Positions 1 to 9,719 of a stretch of 20,042 bases of DNA are shown here, in pieces (positions within the stretch are counted from its first letter, which is position 1; each line of letters begins with the position of its first letter). The notes beneath the pieces were generated by a model, which was not told where the DNA came from, ran no database searches, and saw nothing but the letters and a program-made list of their open reading frames with translations. Both the position numbers and the translations under genes were made by a program. Source of the stretch: Tortispora ganteri (Eukaryota); NCBI GenBank assembly GCA_003707115.1, contig PPNB01000004.1:558001-578042 (forward strand), written 5' to 3'.

Positions 1-520
1 CTTGTTGGAATATGGCTTTTCCAGTTAGTTTCGTAGAAGCAGTGTTTCTAGGAAATTCACTCTCAAATTTCATTCGCCATTCATTATAAGACTCTTTAGT
101 AACAGGTGTTCCAAAAAATTTGGCTTGCTCTACCTTTTCTTGTTCTTCAAGTTCTTTTTCTTTTTGACGTTCGATAGCAATAAGTTGTTCCCTTAAAGCT
201 TCTTCGACCTTATCTTTAAGCGTAGTTGCAAGACTAAATACCGATGGCATTCCAATATTAGCCTGGGCTTCAATCTCTAGATCTGATTTAATGTGGCTGA
301 GTTCAGATTGACTCAAACTTGAACATTTTACGTCTAGTATAGGTATCTCCGTCTCAGGATATCCTGAGACAAAGATTACCGACAACGTAACAGTTTCGTT
401 ATCATCCATTTCCAGGGGTAATGTGATATCAAGGTGTGTGTCATTATATACAGTTAATTCGCTGGGGTAAATTGAACGCAGGATCTCAATCTCCTGTTCC
501 TGTTCTTCTTTATTGCTCAT
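1..520 (-). CDS. GIR2: RWD-domain/DFRP_C protein Gir2 (partial, 3' end runs off the window)
   Basis: Absent from the ORF track. Manual translation from ATG at 520 gives MSNKEEQEQEIEILRSIYPSEL...YPETEIP...GMPSVFSLA...KFFGTPVTKESYNEWRMKFE...KLTGKAIFQQ, open to the edge. The E-E-x-L-x-SIYP and YP motifs are typical of RWD domains, and GTPVT..W and KLTGK..F are typical of Gir2/RWDD1. Confidence 0.92.
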   Translation of the reverse strand, partial: MSNKEEQEQEIEILRSIYPSELTVYNDTHLDITLPLEMDDNETVTLSVIFVSGYPETEIPILDVKCSSLSQSELSHIKSDLEIEAQANIGMPSVFSLATTLKDKVEEALREQLIAIERQKEKELEEQEKVEQAKFFGTPVTKESYNEWRMKFESEFPRNTASTKLTGKAIFQQ

Positions 521-602
521 GTCCTTTAAAGAGTGAAGGTGGAGTAGATGCTGAATTACTTGGGAGGAAGACAGCCAATTCTTGTAGCAAGTAATCCAGA
601 AA

Positions 603-1322
603 ATGACTGCACGAGTATGGATAGGCCTTGGATCACTCACAATCGGCGCTTCGATCGTGGCTTATGATCGGAATTTAGCCAAGAGATTTCCTACTCAAAC
701 GCCACCAATTGGAATGCAATGTAATATGATTGCGTTAAGGCCACCGAAAGAAAGCACGTACGTTGATGAACTAATATGCTTTTCCGAAGAGCTGGGTTCT
801 CCTTCAATGGATTTAGTCCTTGACGCGTTTAAGAGATCAACATATTATAAGTTTGAGAAGTTTATTGGCGCCAAATTACTAAGAATGTCGCCGAGCTCGC
901 AGGCTCCAGTAGACTTTTATAACTACTCAGTAACCTCAGAACAACCTCTTGAACCTGATGCTATATACTCGATAAAGCGACAACTACCCAATTCTGTTTT
1001 GCTTCGATGGGAGCTGCCTTATACACTTATTCGTATATCTGAAATAAGTGCAAACCGTCTAATGTGCCCATGGAGACTAATGAACGGTGGTTGGTTGGAA
1101 TTCAATCGGGTCGACGAAACTCTGCTCATGGTCTTCGGCTTCGAATACAACCTGTCCGGCGGCGACAGTAAACGCATCCCTGATTTCCTGCGTCCAGTTC
1201 GCCTGTTTCTTTCAAGGTGCCTTTTTGCCTCTCTCTTAGCTCAGTTGCGTGCTATACCTTCACGCCCTTCCTTGAATGAGCTTCCTTCCTTGAATTTACC
1301 CACTCCGTCCTCAGGCGAATAG
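603..1322 (+). CDS. Hypothetical protein, 239 aa, with N-terminal hydrophobic segment
   Basis: Long ATG-initiated ORF divergent from GIR2 across only 82 bp. N-terminal hydrophobic stretch VWIGLGSLTIGASIVAY. No family recognised with confidence. Confidence 0.7.
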   Translation: MTARVWIGLGSLTIGASIVAYDRNLAKRFPTQTPPIGMQCNMIALRPPKESTYVDELICFSEELGSPSMDLVLDAFKRSTYYKFEKFIGAKLLRMSPSSQAPVDFYNYSVTSEQPLEPDAIYSIKRQLPNSVLLRWELPYTLIRISEISANRLMCPWRLMNGGWLEFNRVDETLLMVFGFEYNLSGGDSKRIPDFLRPVRLFLSRCLFASLLAQLRAIPSRPSLNELPSLNLPTPSSGE

Positions 1323-1410
1323 TTCGTCTCCCAAATTTCAAAATGCCTCAGCCCACCCACACACATACACACCATTTTGATTTCTCTACATTTAATATAA
1401 CACCGCTCGC

Positions 1411-2307
1411 ATGCATTACGGTAACACTGCAGCTAAAAGAATTATTCCTCCGCTGAAAAAGTCATTTCATAAGGGCCAAGCCGGTAGAATAGCTGTTTTC
1501 GGAGGGTCCAAGGACTACACAGGCGCCCCATACTTTTCTGCAATGGCCGCGACCTTATTAGGCGCTGATCTCTCGCATGTTATATGTTCTCCCGAAGCAG
1601 CATCTGTTATAAAAACATACTCTCCCGACCTTATGGTACATCCCACTATAACCGACTTCGACTCCGTGCTTGACAGGGTTCATGTGTTAGTAGTGGGTCC
1701 CGGCCTGGGTCGGGATCCCGAAATGCAAAATGCCGCAGCTAAATGTATCGCCGCAGCTAAATCAAGAAATCTGCCCTTAGTAGTAGATGCAGATGGGCTT
1801 TGGCTGATTCAAAATCAACCTGATATTATCAAAGGGTATTCTCGTGCCGTTCTGACTCCTAATGTGGTGGAGTTCCAGCGTTTGCTTGAGGCAAGTGGAA
1901 TCTATGAAAATGGTAACACTGACGTGCAGGTCCTTTCGAACTATCTAGGTGTGGCAATTGTTCAAAAGGGAAGTTCTGATGTGATTGCGTACCCTGGGTT
2001 TGCGGAAACGGTAGAAGTCACTACAAGAGGTTCACCTAGACGAGCAGGTGGACAAGGCGATATTCTATCTGGATGCATAGCTACAATGCTAGCCTGGCGA
2101 GAAGCATACCATAACAATTTGTGGGAACATAAAAACGACTTATCGGAAATGGATACAGAATTACTTGCTTTGCACGGCGCCTGTTCAGTTGTTCGTCGTG
2201 CTTCCTCTTTGGCATTCGAAACTCATTTCAGAGCAATGCAGGCTTCTGATGTGTTAACTAAAATAGGTGAATCGTATAATTCGATTTTTGGAACACCTAG
2301 GCTATGA
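1411..2307 (+). CDS. NNR2: ATP-dependent (S)-NAD(P)H-hydrate dehydratase (YjeF C-terminal/CARKD family)
   Basis: Motifs HKGQAGRIAVFGGS.DYTGAPYFSA, VGPGLGRD, VVDADGL, LTPNVVEF.RL, RRAGGQGDILSG. Confidence 0.95.
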   Translation: MHYGNTAAKRIIPPLKKSFHKGQAGRIAVFGGSKDYTGAPYFSAMAATLLGADLSHVICSPEAASVIKTYSPDLMVHPTITDFDSVLDRVHVLVVGPGLGRDPEMQNAAAKCIAAAKSRNLPLVVDADGLWLIQNQPDIIKGYSRAVLTPNVVEFQRLLEASGIYENGNTDVQVLSNYLGVAIVQKGSSDVIAYPGFAETVEVTTRGSPRRAGGQGDILSGCIATMLAWREAYHNNLWEHKNDLSEMDTELLALHGACSVVRRASSLAFETHFRAMQASDVLTKIGESYNSIFGTPRL

Positions 2308-2731
2308 TATTATTATACTCCTTTAACTTTTCTGGCCCAAATGAGTGTGGTAACAACTCCTTTAAAGTCATATTGAAGCATTTATCCCCGTTTGACGAGA
2401 ACATGTATATGGGCAACTCTGGCGCAAACTCCCGTAGTACCTGCCTGCAAATTCCACAAGGACTTGCTGGTTCTTTAAGGTCGGTGCAAACTCCTAAGGC
2501 CTTAAATCTTTTATATCCTGAAGTTATTGATTTAGTTACGGCAACTTGTTCAGCGCAAATGCATGCGCCATAGCTCGCATTCTCTACATTGGCTCCAAGC
2601 ACGTATTCTCCATCTTCCATGAGTATAGCGGCACCCACTGCGAAATTAGAGTACGGTGAATATGTTAATTTTTGAGCTTCTATGGATTTCAGTCTCAATT
2701 CTTCAATTGCTTTTGCATCAAGGTCGGTCAT
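2297..2731 (-). CDS. CDD1: Homotetrameric cytidine deaminase
   Basis: YSPYSNFAVGAA, GANVENASYG, zinc-binding CAE and PCGICRQ, C-terminal LLPHSF. Confidence 0.96.
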   Translation of the reverse strand: MTDLDAKAIEELRLKSIEAQKLTYSPYSNFAVGAAILMEDGEYVLGANVENASYGACICAEQVAVTKSITSGYKRFKALGVCTDLKEPASPCGICRQVLREFAPELPIYMFSSNGDKCFNMTLKELLPHSFGPEKLKEYNNIIA

Positions 2732-3466
2732 TTCAGGATGTTGTTATCTGGTCGAATGATCGGAGAAGGCTGCGCCTCTTCAAAACTTTATTTCCTAGCA
2801 GTTAGTTTCGTTCTCCGCATTTGATTTCGATCTACAATCTTCCACTAATGTCTGATAACATGTCTTTTAAAATGACCTCTTCCGGACACTAAGTTTGATA
2901 CCTTCTTTTGTCTATGTTATGATTTTAATCGGATATAATGCTAGGTATATTAAAGCTGTCCCGCATCAGAGATGCGAACAGTAGTAGCTTTCGATATACA
3001 ACGTCGTGTTAGCATTATGCCATTAAATGCAATTTTAAGCAGACAGATATTTGACTAGTTATCAAAGCTTTTAGGGTAATTGTCTTATCAAGAGCTATCA
3101 ATTGCTTCACCTCGTTCTTGAGCCTTGTAATTTCAAAGTTGCGCTTCGCAAAAATATCTATTCTATGATATGTGCTTATTTAACTACTAGAAGGATCATA
3201 CCCATTTATATAGTATGTTCTTACCTTCCAAACTTTGCAGTGATTCTCTCTCTAGCTTTGCTGCTTGCCTATTTCTTATAGTAAAATCATACTTGTGTTT
3301 CCATTGACAAGCAGATATCATATACTTCAATCTTTTAGGAACTGATTTGTTCGTTTCCAGATCATCTTATATAGATTTCCTTTAAACGCATGCAATGTAA
3401 TAAAGAGATGCTTATGCTTTAAAAAAGACTCATCTTAATGAGTGATATGACAAGTCTCCTGCACTG

Positions 3467-3482
3467 GAATACGGCCGTATTC
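3467..3482. promoter_or_regulatory. Perfect 16-bp palindrome GAATACGGCCGTATTC, possible Zn2Cys6-type site
   Basis: Seen directly. The CGG/CCG core lies in the divergent CDD1-BNA7 intergenic region. Function is inferred only. Confidence 0.3.
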
Positions 3483-3600
3483 TGTATCCGGTATCCGCGT
3501 CAAATCAATACAAGTTCAACTGAATAGTCTACAACTCGTTGATCTGTTTCTATGTCAGAATTACGTACATTAGTGTCGTCAATATCAAAATAGAAATCGT

Positions 3601-3644
3601 CGAAATGACTCGAAATGACTCGAAATGACTCGAAATGATTCGAA
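3601..3644. repeat. 10-bp tandem repeat (CGAAATGACT)x3 + CGAAATGATT + CGAA
   Basis: Seen directly, about 4.4 copies, with a degenerate unit at 3591-3600. Confidence 0.95.
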
Positions 3645-4276
3645 GTTTTAATTGTGAGAGATGATCATTCATCTCCGTCTGAAATCACGCCATGGCCTTG
3701 GGAGCTTCTCAGCTCAATAAGGCAGCATTCCAATAAGAGAAAGTGGTTTGCGACCCTAGAGGTAAAAATATAAAAATGATGAGATGCTAGATGTATGAAA
3801 TTGTGAGAGACCTGAGAAAAATCAAGTTGATCAATAGATATCACAGCCTCTATATAGAATCCCGCAAGCTGTTGCTTATAGTGATCTACACCTCAAGGTT
3901 TTAATAAACGCTATAAACTAAATTTACAGACAATTGCAATTTTGTCACTTTTCATGTATTTAATAAGATCAAATGTGTGTCGGGTCATTGGTATGTAATT
4001 CAAACTTTTATATTGCAACATTCATCAAGCTTATCGCTGTTTAGGCCGTTAAATCATTATACCTATTAGTTACCCGACTTTTAATAGACCAAAATAAGTA
4101 TAGGTTCGTCTAAATCCAACTATGGCGTACAAACAATTGCTCTTTATTCCCTGATAATATTTGTTTATTGACTTATTTAAATTTTTTGATCTGGTATTTA
4201 CATATTTTTAACTTTGGAATTGCCTTGTCGGAGCTTCTAATCTACGAAACATTCACTCTCCATACTTAAATCATCC

Positions 4277-4990
4277 ATGGCCTTTCTCGAGCTGTCTTAC
4301 GGGACACATGAACTGCAAACGGTACATTTTGTAAAAACAGAATCCAACCTTCCGTGGATACTATTCATTCATGGAGGTGCCTGGAGGGATCCGTCAAATA
4401 CCTGGAAAGATGGTCTACATTGCCTATCTACACTTCATTCGAGATATGGTGTTTCTGTCGCATCTGTTAACTATCGCCTTGCTCCGGATTCTCACAAAGA
4501 TGACTTTCCTAAAGACCTAGTATCAGCTATTGAGCAATTGAGAAAGCTAGGAATGACAGATTATGCTATTATAGGTCACTCTGCGGGAGCGTTCACCGCA
4601 CTCCAACTTCCTCAGTTCACTGATTTTTTACCTTTAAATGTATTTGGTCTTGACGGTATATATGATCTTCGCAGTTTGGTCCTTGAATATCCCTCTTATA
4701 ATGAGTTTGCTGAGTTTGCATTTGGTTCAGATTCAGAAAATTGGCCCGATATCCTCATTTCCCCTAAAAGATACTCTGGCAACCTTACTTTGATACAGTC
4801 CGATGAGGATGAGCTGTTATCAATGGCACAAACCACTCGTGCCTCACTGTTTTTCCCTAACGCTCCAATCCATATAATTAGCGGTCTTCATGAAGATGTA
4901 TATAATGGACCTGAAATCATAGCTATAGTGTCGAATTTCCTTGACTCGGTTGACAAAGCTACAGAATCTACAACTACATTGGCGAAGTAA
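4277..4990 (+). CDS. BNA7: Kynurenine formamidase-like alpha/beta hydrolase
   Basis: FIHGGAWRDP oxyanion motif, VNYRLAP, GHSAG nucleophile elbow, LDGIYDL..L..EYP.Y..F...AFG, QS..DELLS..Q and catalytic His in GLHEDVY, all matching the Bna7 family. Confidence 0.88.
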   Translation: MAFLELSYGTHELQTVHFVKTESNLPWILFIHGGAWRDPSNTWKDGLHCLSTLHSRYGVSVASVNYRLAPDSHKDDFPKDLVSAIEQLRKLGMTDYAIIGHSAGAFTALQLPQFTDFLPLNVFGLDGIYDLRSLVLEYPSYNEFAEFAFGSDSENWPDILISPKRYSGNLTLIQSDEDELLSMAQTTRASLFFPNAPIHIISGLHEDVYNGPEIIAIVSNFLDSVDKATESTTTLAK

Positions 4991-5054
4991 CTATATCAGC
5001 AGCTAGGAATTCAATCATACTGTCAAGTGAATATATACACAACATTAACCATTT

Positions 5055-8000
5055 CTACTCGTCACCTTCGTCTAGAAAATGATCCTCATTTCCGCCTTCA
5101 TCTTCGTTCATCCCCAATAACTCTCCTTCTTCAGTATCTACCGGAGTATATGCACTTCGGTTTCTAGCAAATTGTCTTCTCGAAGTATATGATGGTCTTC
5201 CGCCAATAACTTTGCTTCTCAGATAATCATACACACGCAATGTTAACGTCGGTATAGTCGCAACTACAGCGACAAGTGCAGAAATAGCAATAACCGGATA
5301 CTTAATAAACGGTGAATCTGCTGACAGAATATGCGAACTTGACTCTTCTCCAAGACGAATTTGACCGAGTTTTCCATAGAAATGATACCACACGGCATAT
5401 ATCACCGTACCGGTGAATACAATAGGCAGCAGAATAACAACAAAGAGCCCGAATCCATGGAGCCCTTTCTTTCGCTGATTGTATTTGTTTTCTTGTCCTG
5501 GACATGGATGTGATATGACCTTGTCGAACTCTTGCCCACCTTCACAAGTAGATATAGGTATACGTCTATATCCAGTAGGCTCCCAATATTCAACGGTTCC
5601 AGGCATTTCCTTGCATATCAAGGAATGATCAGGAGGGTTTAAGCCAGGAACTAGAACACAGGTTCCGTCTTGTGATCGAACATAATTGTAGTCGCATTCG
5701 AAATCTTGTCTTGTACAAGAGCAGTTTTTGAGTAACTTGTGGGGTTGAGGAACTATGTCACCGATATAACACTCTCGCCCGGTAATCTTTCTGTTGTATT
5801 GCGTAACATGGCCGAATAGGCATCCATCGCCGTTCAATGGATGACTAGGTGTCCACAACTCAAAGTCGTCGTTGTCAGAATCATCGACATCGAGAACGCA
5901 TTTTCGACTGTAGATATTTGTAAAGTCAATCTGTGTCACAATAAACCTATCTCCTCTGTTAGTAGGCATTCGTCCAATCACAAGGAACTTGCGGCTGTTG
6001 TCAGAGGGAACAGTAATTAAATCGTAAACAACAATTGGCACGTCTGAAAACTGATATTCGACCCACGTCTCACCTTCGTCCAGTGTGTACTTCAAGGTGT
6101 CGGTAGGGTCACGGTCGTTAACAATGACAATAATAGAGCCTTGGTCACCGTACTCCCACATATAAGCACCTTTTGTAACTTCAGTCCATGTTAATCCACC
6201 ATCACGTGTGATAAAAGTATCGCTTTCACTGAAGGGTACCAAGTTCGGGCCGACGTTTCCGACACCCAGCATCAATCCAACAGCAGATTGAGAAGAGTAT
6301 GTATCAGAAGGATCACGTCGCTCTGTGTACCCGTGAAGGTTAAGAGAGCATTTTTTCAAATCTCCAGAGCAAGAATAGCGTTTTCCATTTGAATCAGACT
6401 GTGGTGGCTTAATATAATCCCATTCACCTCCGTCGTTAAAAGTAATCTCTGTTTTGAGGTTCTTAGTGGCACCATTTTTCGCATCGTTCAAATTAGCGAC
6501 AACGTTGGCCATGGCGACTCCTTCAAGGCCGTACATTTTTTCAAAGTCAGCAAATCCAGCTTCGTTCCTATTTACGCCATCTAGAGATGCGACGTAAAAT
6601 GTACCGTTGGAGTTGGATTTCATAACAGTACCATACTCCGATCCTAAACGATTATTCACTGTGACATGCAGAAATATCGACTGAGTTGCAGTATCCAAGA
6701 TGGTGTAAGATTGCTCTCTGTCAATATGAAAGTTGGGAGGAAATTGGACGGCAGCAAATGATTTGCCGTCAAGTGAGACATATGCTTTAAGTGACTTGCC
6801 GTCTTCTGACGTAGCCGCGATAAGGAAAGGACTAGATTTGGCATATGCCATAACATCTTTAATGGCCACTTCTGAAGTAGAAAAGAAGTCAGAGCTGACG
6901 AGAAGATTAAGATTTCCTCGGCGAAAAGCTTCGCATACTATATTTTTCTTATCTGCTTCAGTGGAATGTGCCAAATCGCTCACAAACGAGCACTTTCGGC
7001 AATTTGAAACCATCTGTGACCATCTAGATCCACCATTCACAGTAATATAAGAGTTGAGATGGCAATCAGGAGAAAATGCATCATCGCAACCTTCTTCGCC
7101 TATCCAAATGAACCAATTGGGTTCTGTAGGGTGGAAAGACATGATATCATTTGCATTAAATCCCCCTTGAGACGGCTTACTTGGCCTTCGGAAAGAGGAC
7201 CAAGTCGCACCTCGATCAGAGGTATAAATTACATCTTCTGTTGATGTCAAAAGATAAGCGTAGTCATGGAAATAAGGATTGGTATATATGGCAGTGAATG
7301 TAATACCAGGTTTCACTTCAGCCCAATCTGCACCATTGTTGTGCGAGATGAATATTTGATTGCGGTTATTCATCAATAAGACTGTTTCATCTTCTCCCGA
7401 AGAAGCTTTTGAGCGTTCAAGGTAACGGAAGGTCAGATAAGATCCTTCAAATTCTTGAGTACTGTGCTTCACTTTCCCAAGAGCATCTGTACCGATTGTA
7501 CCAGGGGACAGTTTCTTGGACTCCGGAGTTGCCACAAAACGAGCAGGGCAAGGGATATCAGCGTTGGATTCCGGTTTAAAGCCTCCTTGACATGTATTGC
7601 CTGGTACGAGACGATATCCATTGCGGCCCGAATAAGATGAAGCGCCATTCTCGCAATTCACATCCATTTTAGCTCTCTGGGAATCTTTTGGCAAGCATAC
7701 TCCCCCACTTTCAATGTAGTCAGCGTCGCATTCATAGTCTTCAGGTGTACAAGGGCAGTTTTCTGTTAGAATTTCCATTTCACTTGAGGGGGTTATGTCC
7801 ACATAACAATCGGCATTCGGTTTTCTTCGGTAAACATATTGCTTATGACCCAATATACAATTTGCACTTCCAGTTTGGTCCACGCGTAAATACTGCTTTT
7901 CAAAGTCCGCACTAGGCGCTTCTTGACATTTGCGAGAGAGTACAGAAGAAAGATCAATGGCAAGGGATACAAGTTCCTTGGAGGTTTTCGATTTGGGCTT

Positions 8001-9485
8001 TCCGATGACGACGAATATAGCAGAAGTAGATCCATCAGCCCTTAACAACTGTGGCTGAAACAGCTCGTAAGGTAGGTCCACGGTAGTCCATGATTTTCCA
8101 AAATCAGTTGAATACTTATAAGAGGAGATATATTGGGAAGCGAGACTGTAGGCAAATATGATAGATCCAAAATTCGCCACTGCATATCCGTGGGGACCTT
8201 CGAGTATTTTAGCCCATGAGTATCCAGAATCATAGGAGAGGTATACATCAGAAGAGTCGATTGGAAGGAGAGATTTACCAACATTTCCTGTAGCAATCAT
8301 CAGACCTGGGACACTAGGAACGAATATTCTTCCGACATCTTGATATTCAGTAGCTCCGTGGATATGGAGCTGCTCAGTAGAGCCTTCGATAGTGAGAGGA
8401 GACCAAGTTTTCCCATCGTCGTGTGTGATACGAGAAACAACAACAGTACCACTCGATAGTGATGAGGATTGAGTGTTGACAATCAAGATACCATTTACGC
8501 TTTCTGGAAACTCTATATCCACGAATCCGTACTCGTCGCCAACGGTACCGTCTATAAGTTTGCGGAACTGGGTGCCATGTGAATTAGAAGCATATAGAGA
8601 GCCACTGTGCCTTCCATCGGATAAATCGTATGAGAACTCGATCCTTATACTGTTAGCATTAGGAGCATTAACAATAGTAAACACGTCGTGGTCTATTTCT
8701 TCCGGAAACTTAGCCTGGGCCCAAGATTTAGAATCTTTCGAGGTGTATATGGAAAGTACACCGTCAGTTTTCTCTTGTACAGCAATTAAAAATCCATTAG
8801 AAGATGTGAGATGCTGCAAGTTCTCTATTGGGGCACCATCTTCGGTTAGTACTTGTTTGGAAGATTTAAACCAGTTGTCGGAATGTATGAGATTGCCATT
8901 GTGGATGCAGAGAACATCATTTACGGCAACATCTGTAATCTCCTTGTCATTTAGACCAAACATGCATTCTGCAGCTGTGTTCATAAGCCTTATAGTGGAG
9001 AGTCCATCATAGGAATACTCGTACGTATGCTCTTCATTATTTGTTTTGCAAGAAGGCCGAAACCTTGTGCTGTCAGCGCAAGTGAGCTCTTTAATTAGTA
9101 TAGATTCCGGCATTTGGGCATTGAAGCGCAACGTTTCCTCGGTAGCCTGTACAGGGTAGCGAGTTTGGAAAGATTTCCAAGTAGAGCCTCTATCCGTGGT
9201 GTAATAGTGCGTTAAGTCACCGGAAAGGACATAAGCCTTTGAAGTGTCAAAGGGATGGAATATGAGGGCCTGAGCAGTACCATCAGGAATAGATTTTTCC
9301 TTATTGAAATGAGCGCCGTCATCTTTCGAAATATAAAGATTACCTAAAATAGGGTCATGGGCCAAATAGACAGAACTCTTTGAGAACTTGGCGAAATAGC
9401 CAATAGATTGAGGAAAATTGGAAGCCGATATGACAGGATCGGCCAATACCCTGAAAAGTAGGAACAAAACCACCAGATAATGCAT
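5055..9485 (-). CDS. PEP1: Vacuolar protein sorting receptor Vps10 (about 1476 aa from the ATG at 9485)
   Basis: Signal peptide MHYLVVLFLLFRVLA. Two VPS10 domains with BNR (S.D.G.TW) repeats, each followed by a Cys-rich 10CC module. One TM helix (GFGLFVVILLPIVFTGTVIYAVWY) and an acidic tail with Tyr motifs. The ORF track start at 9536 is a TTG, so the ATG at 9483-9485 is preferred. Confidence 0.96.
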   Translation of the reverse strand: MHYLVVLFLLFRVLADPVISASNFPQSIGYFAKFSKSSVYLAHDPILGNLYISKDDGAHFNKEKSIPDGTAQALIFHPFDTSKAYVLSGDLTHYYTTDRGSTWKSFQTRYPVQATEETLRFNAQMPESILIKELTCADSTRFRPSCKTNNEEHTYEYSYDGLSTIRLMNTAAECMFGLNDKEITDVAVNDVLCIHNGNLIHSDNWFKSSKQVLTEDGAPIENLQHLTSSNGFLIAVQEKTDGVLSIYTSKDSKSWAQAKFPEEIDHDVFTIVNAPNANSIRIEFSYDLSDGRHSGSLYASNSHGTQFRKLIDGTVGDEYGFVDIEFPESVNGILIVNTQSSSLSSGTVVVSRITHDDGKTWSPLTIEGSTEQLHIHGATEYQDVGRIFVPSVPGLMIATGNVGKSLLPIDSSDVYLSYDSGYSWAKILEGPHGYAVANFGSIIFAYSLASQYISSYKYSTDFGKSWTTVDLPYELFQPQLLRADGSTSAIFVVIGKPKSKTSKELVSLAIDLSSVLSRKCQEAPSADFEKQYLRVDQTGSANCILGHKQYVYRRKPNADCYVDITPSSEMEILTENCPCTPEDYECDADYIESGGVCLPKDSQRAKMDVNCENGASSYSGRNGYRLVPGNTCQGGFKPESNADIPCPARFVATPESKKLSPGTIGTDALGKVKHSTQEFEGSYLTFRYLERSKASSGEDETVLLMNNRNQIFISHNNGADWAEVKPGITFTAIYTNPYFHDYAYLLTSTEDVIYTSDRGATWSSFRRPSKPSQGGFNANDIMSFHPTEPNWFIWIGEEGCDDAFSPDCHLNSYITVNGGSRWSQMVSNCRKCSFVSDLAHSTEADKKNIVCEAFRRGNLNLLVSSDFFSTSEVAIKDVMAYAKSSPFLIAATSEDGKSLKAYVSLDGKSFAAVQFPPNFHIDREQSYTILDTATQSIFLHVTVNNRLGSEYGTVMKSNSNGTFYVASLDGVNRNEAGFADFEKMYGLEGVAMANVVANLNDAKNGATKNLKTEITFNDGGEWDYIKPPQSDSNGKRYSCSGDLKKCSLNLHGYTERRDPSDTYSSQSAVGLMLGVGNVGPNLVPFSESDTFITRDGGLTWTEVTKGAYMWEYGDQGSIIVIVNDRDPTDTLKYTLDEGETWVEYQFSDVPIVVYDLITVPSDNSRKFLVIGRMPTNRGDRFIVTQIDFTNIYSRKCVLDVDDSDNDDFELWTPSHPLNGDGCLFGHVTQYNRKITGRECYIGDIVPQPHKLLKNCSCTRQDFECDYNYVRSQDGTCVLVPGLNPPDHSLICKEMPGTVEYWEPTGYRRIPISTCEGGQEFDKVISHPCPGQENKYNQRKKGLHGFGLFVVILLPIVFTGTVIYAVWYHFYGKLGQIRLGEESSSHILSADSPFIKYPVIAISALVAVVATIPTLTLRVYDYLRSKVIGGRPSYTSRRQFARNRSAYTPVDTEEGELLGMNEDEGGNEDHFLDEGDE

Positions 9486-9678
9486 TGCCCCGGTAACTTG
9501 TCCTATTGCCACAAATTTATACTTTATTCGGAGCAATAATTAGCAGATATACGGCAAATTTTGGTAATTTTGCCAAAGAAAAAGGAACAGTTTCAATCAA
9601 GCCAAGGTATGTACGATTGGTTAAGGGGAGATAGCAAGTAAGCAGGTGCAGTGCTAACGAAAACTCTATTAAACAATT

Positions 9679-9688
9679 ATCACGTGAC
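9679..9688. promoter_or_regulatory. E-box ATCACGTGAC (Cbf1-type RTCACGTG site)
   Basis: Exact motif match about 200 bp upstream of the VPS10 ATG and about 40 bp upstream of the structured + strand RNA candidate. Confidence 0.5.
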
Positions 9689-9719
9689 ACGGCCGGTGTA
9701 CCTCCTTTTTATTAAAGAA

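Noticed and set aside
3601..3644. CRISPR-like array
   Set aside because: Contiguous 10-bp units without spacers, in a eukaryotic context.
3776..3815. C/D snoRNA (ATGATGA...CTGA)
   Set aside because: Boxes are too close, with no terminal stem or recognisable rRNA guide.
5302..9012. Small ORFs nested in or antisense to VPS10 (likewise those over CDD1, CGR1, the F-box gene and REG1)
   Set aside because: Shadow ORFs of real genes, many with non-ATG starts and no motifs.
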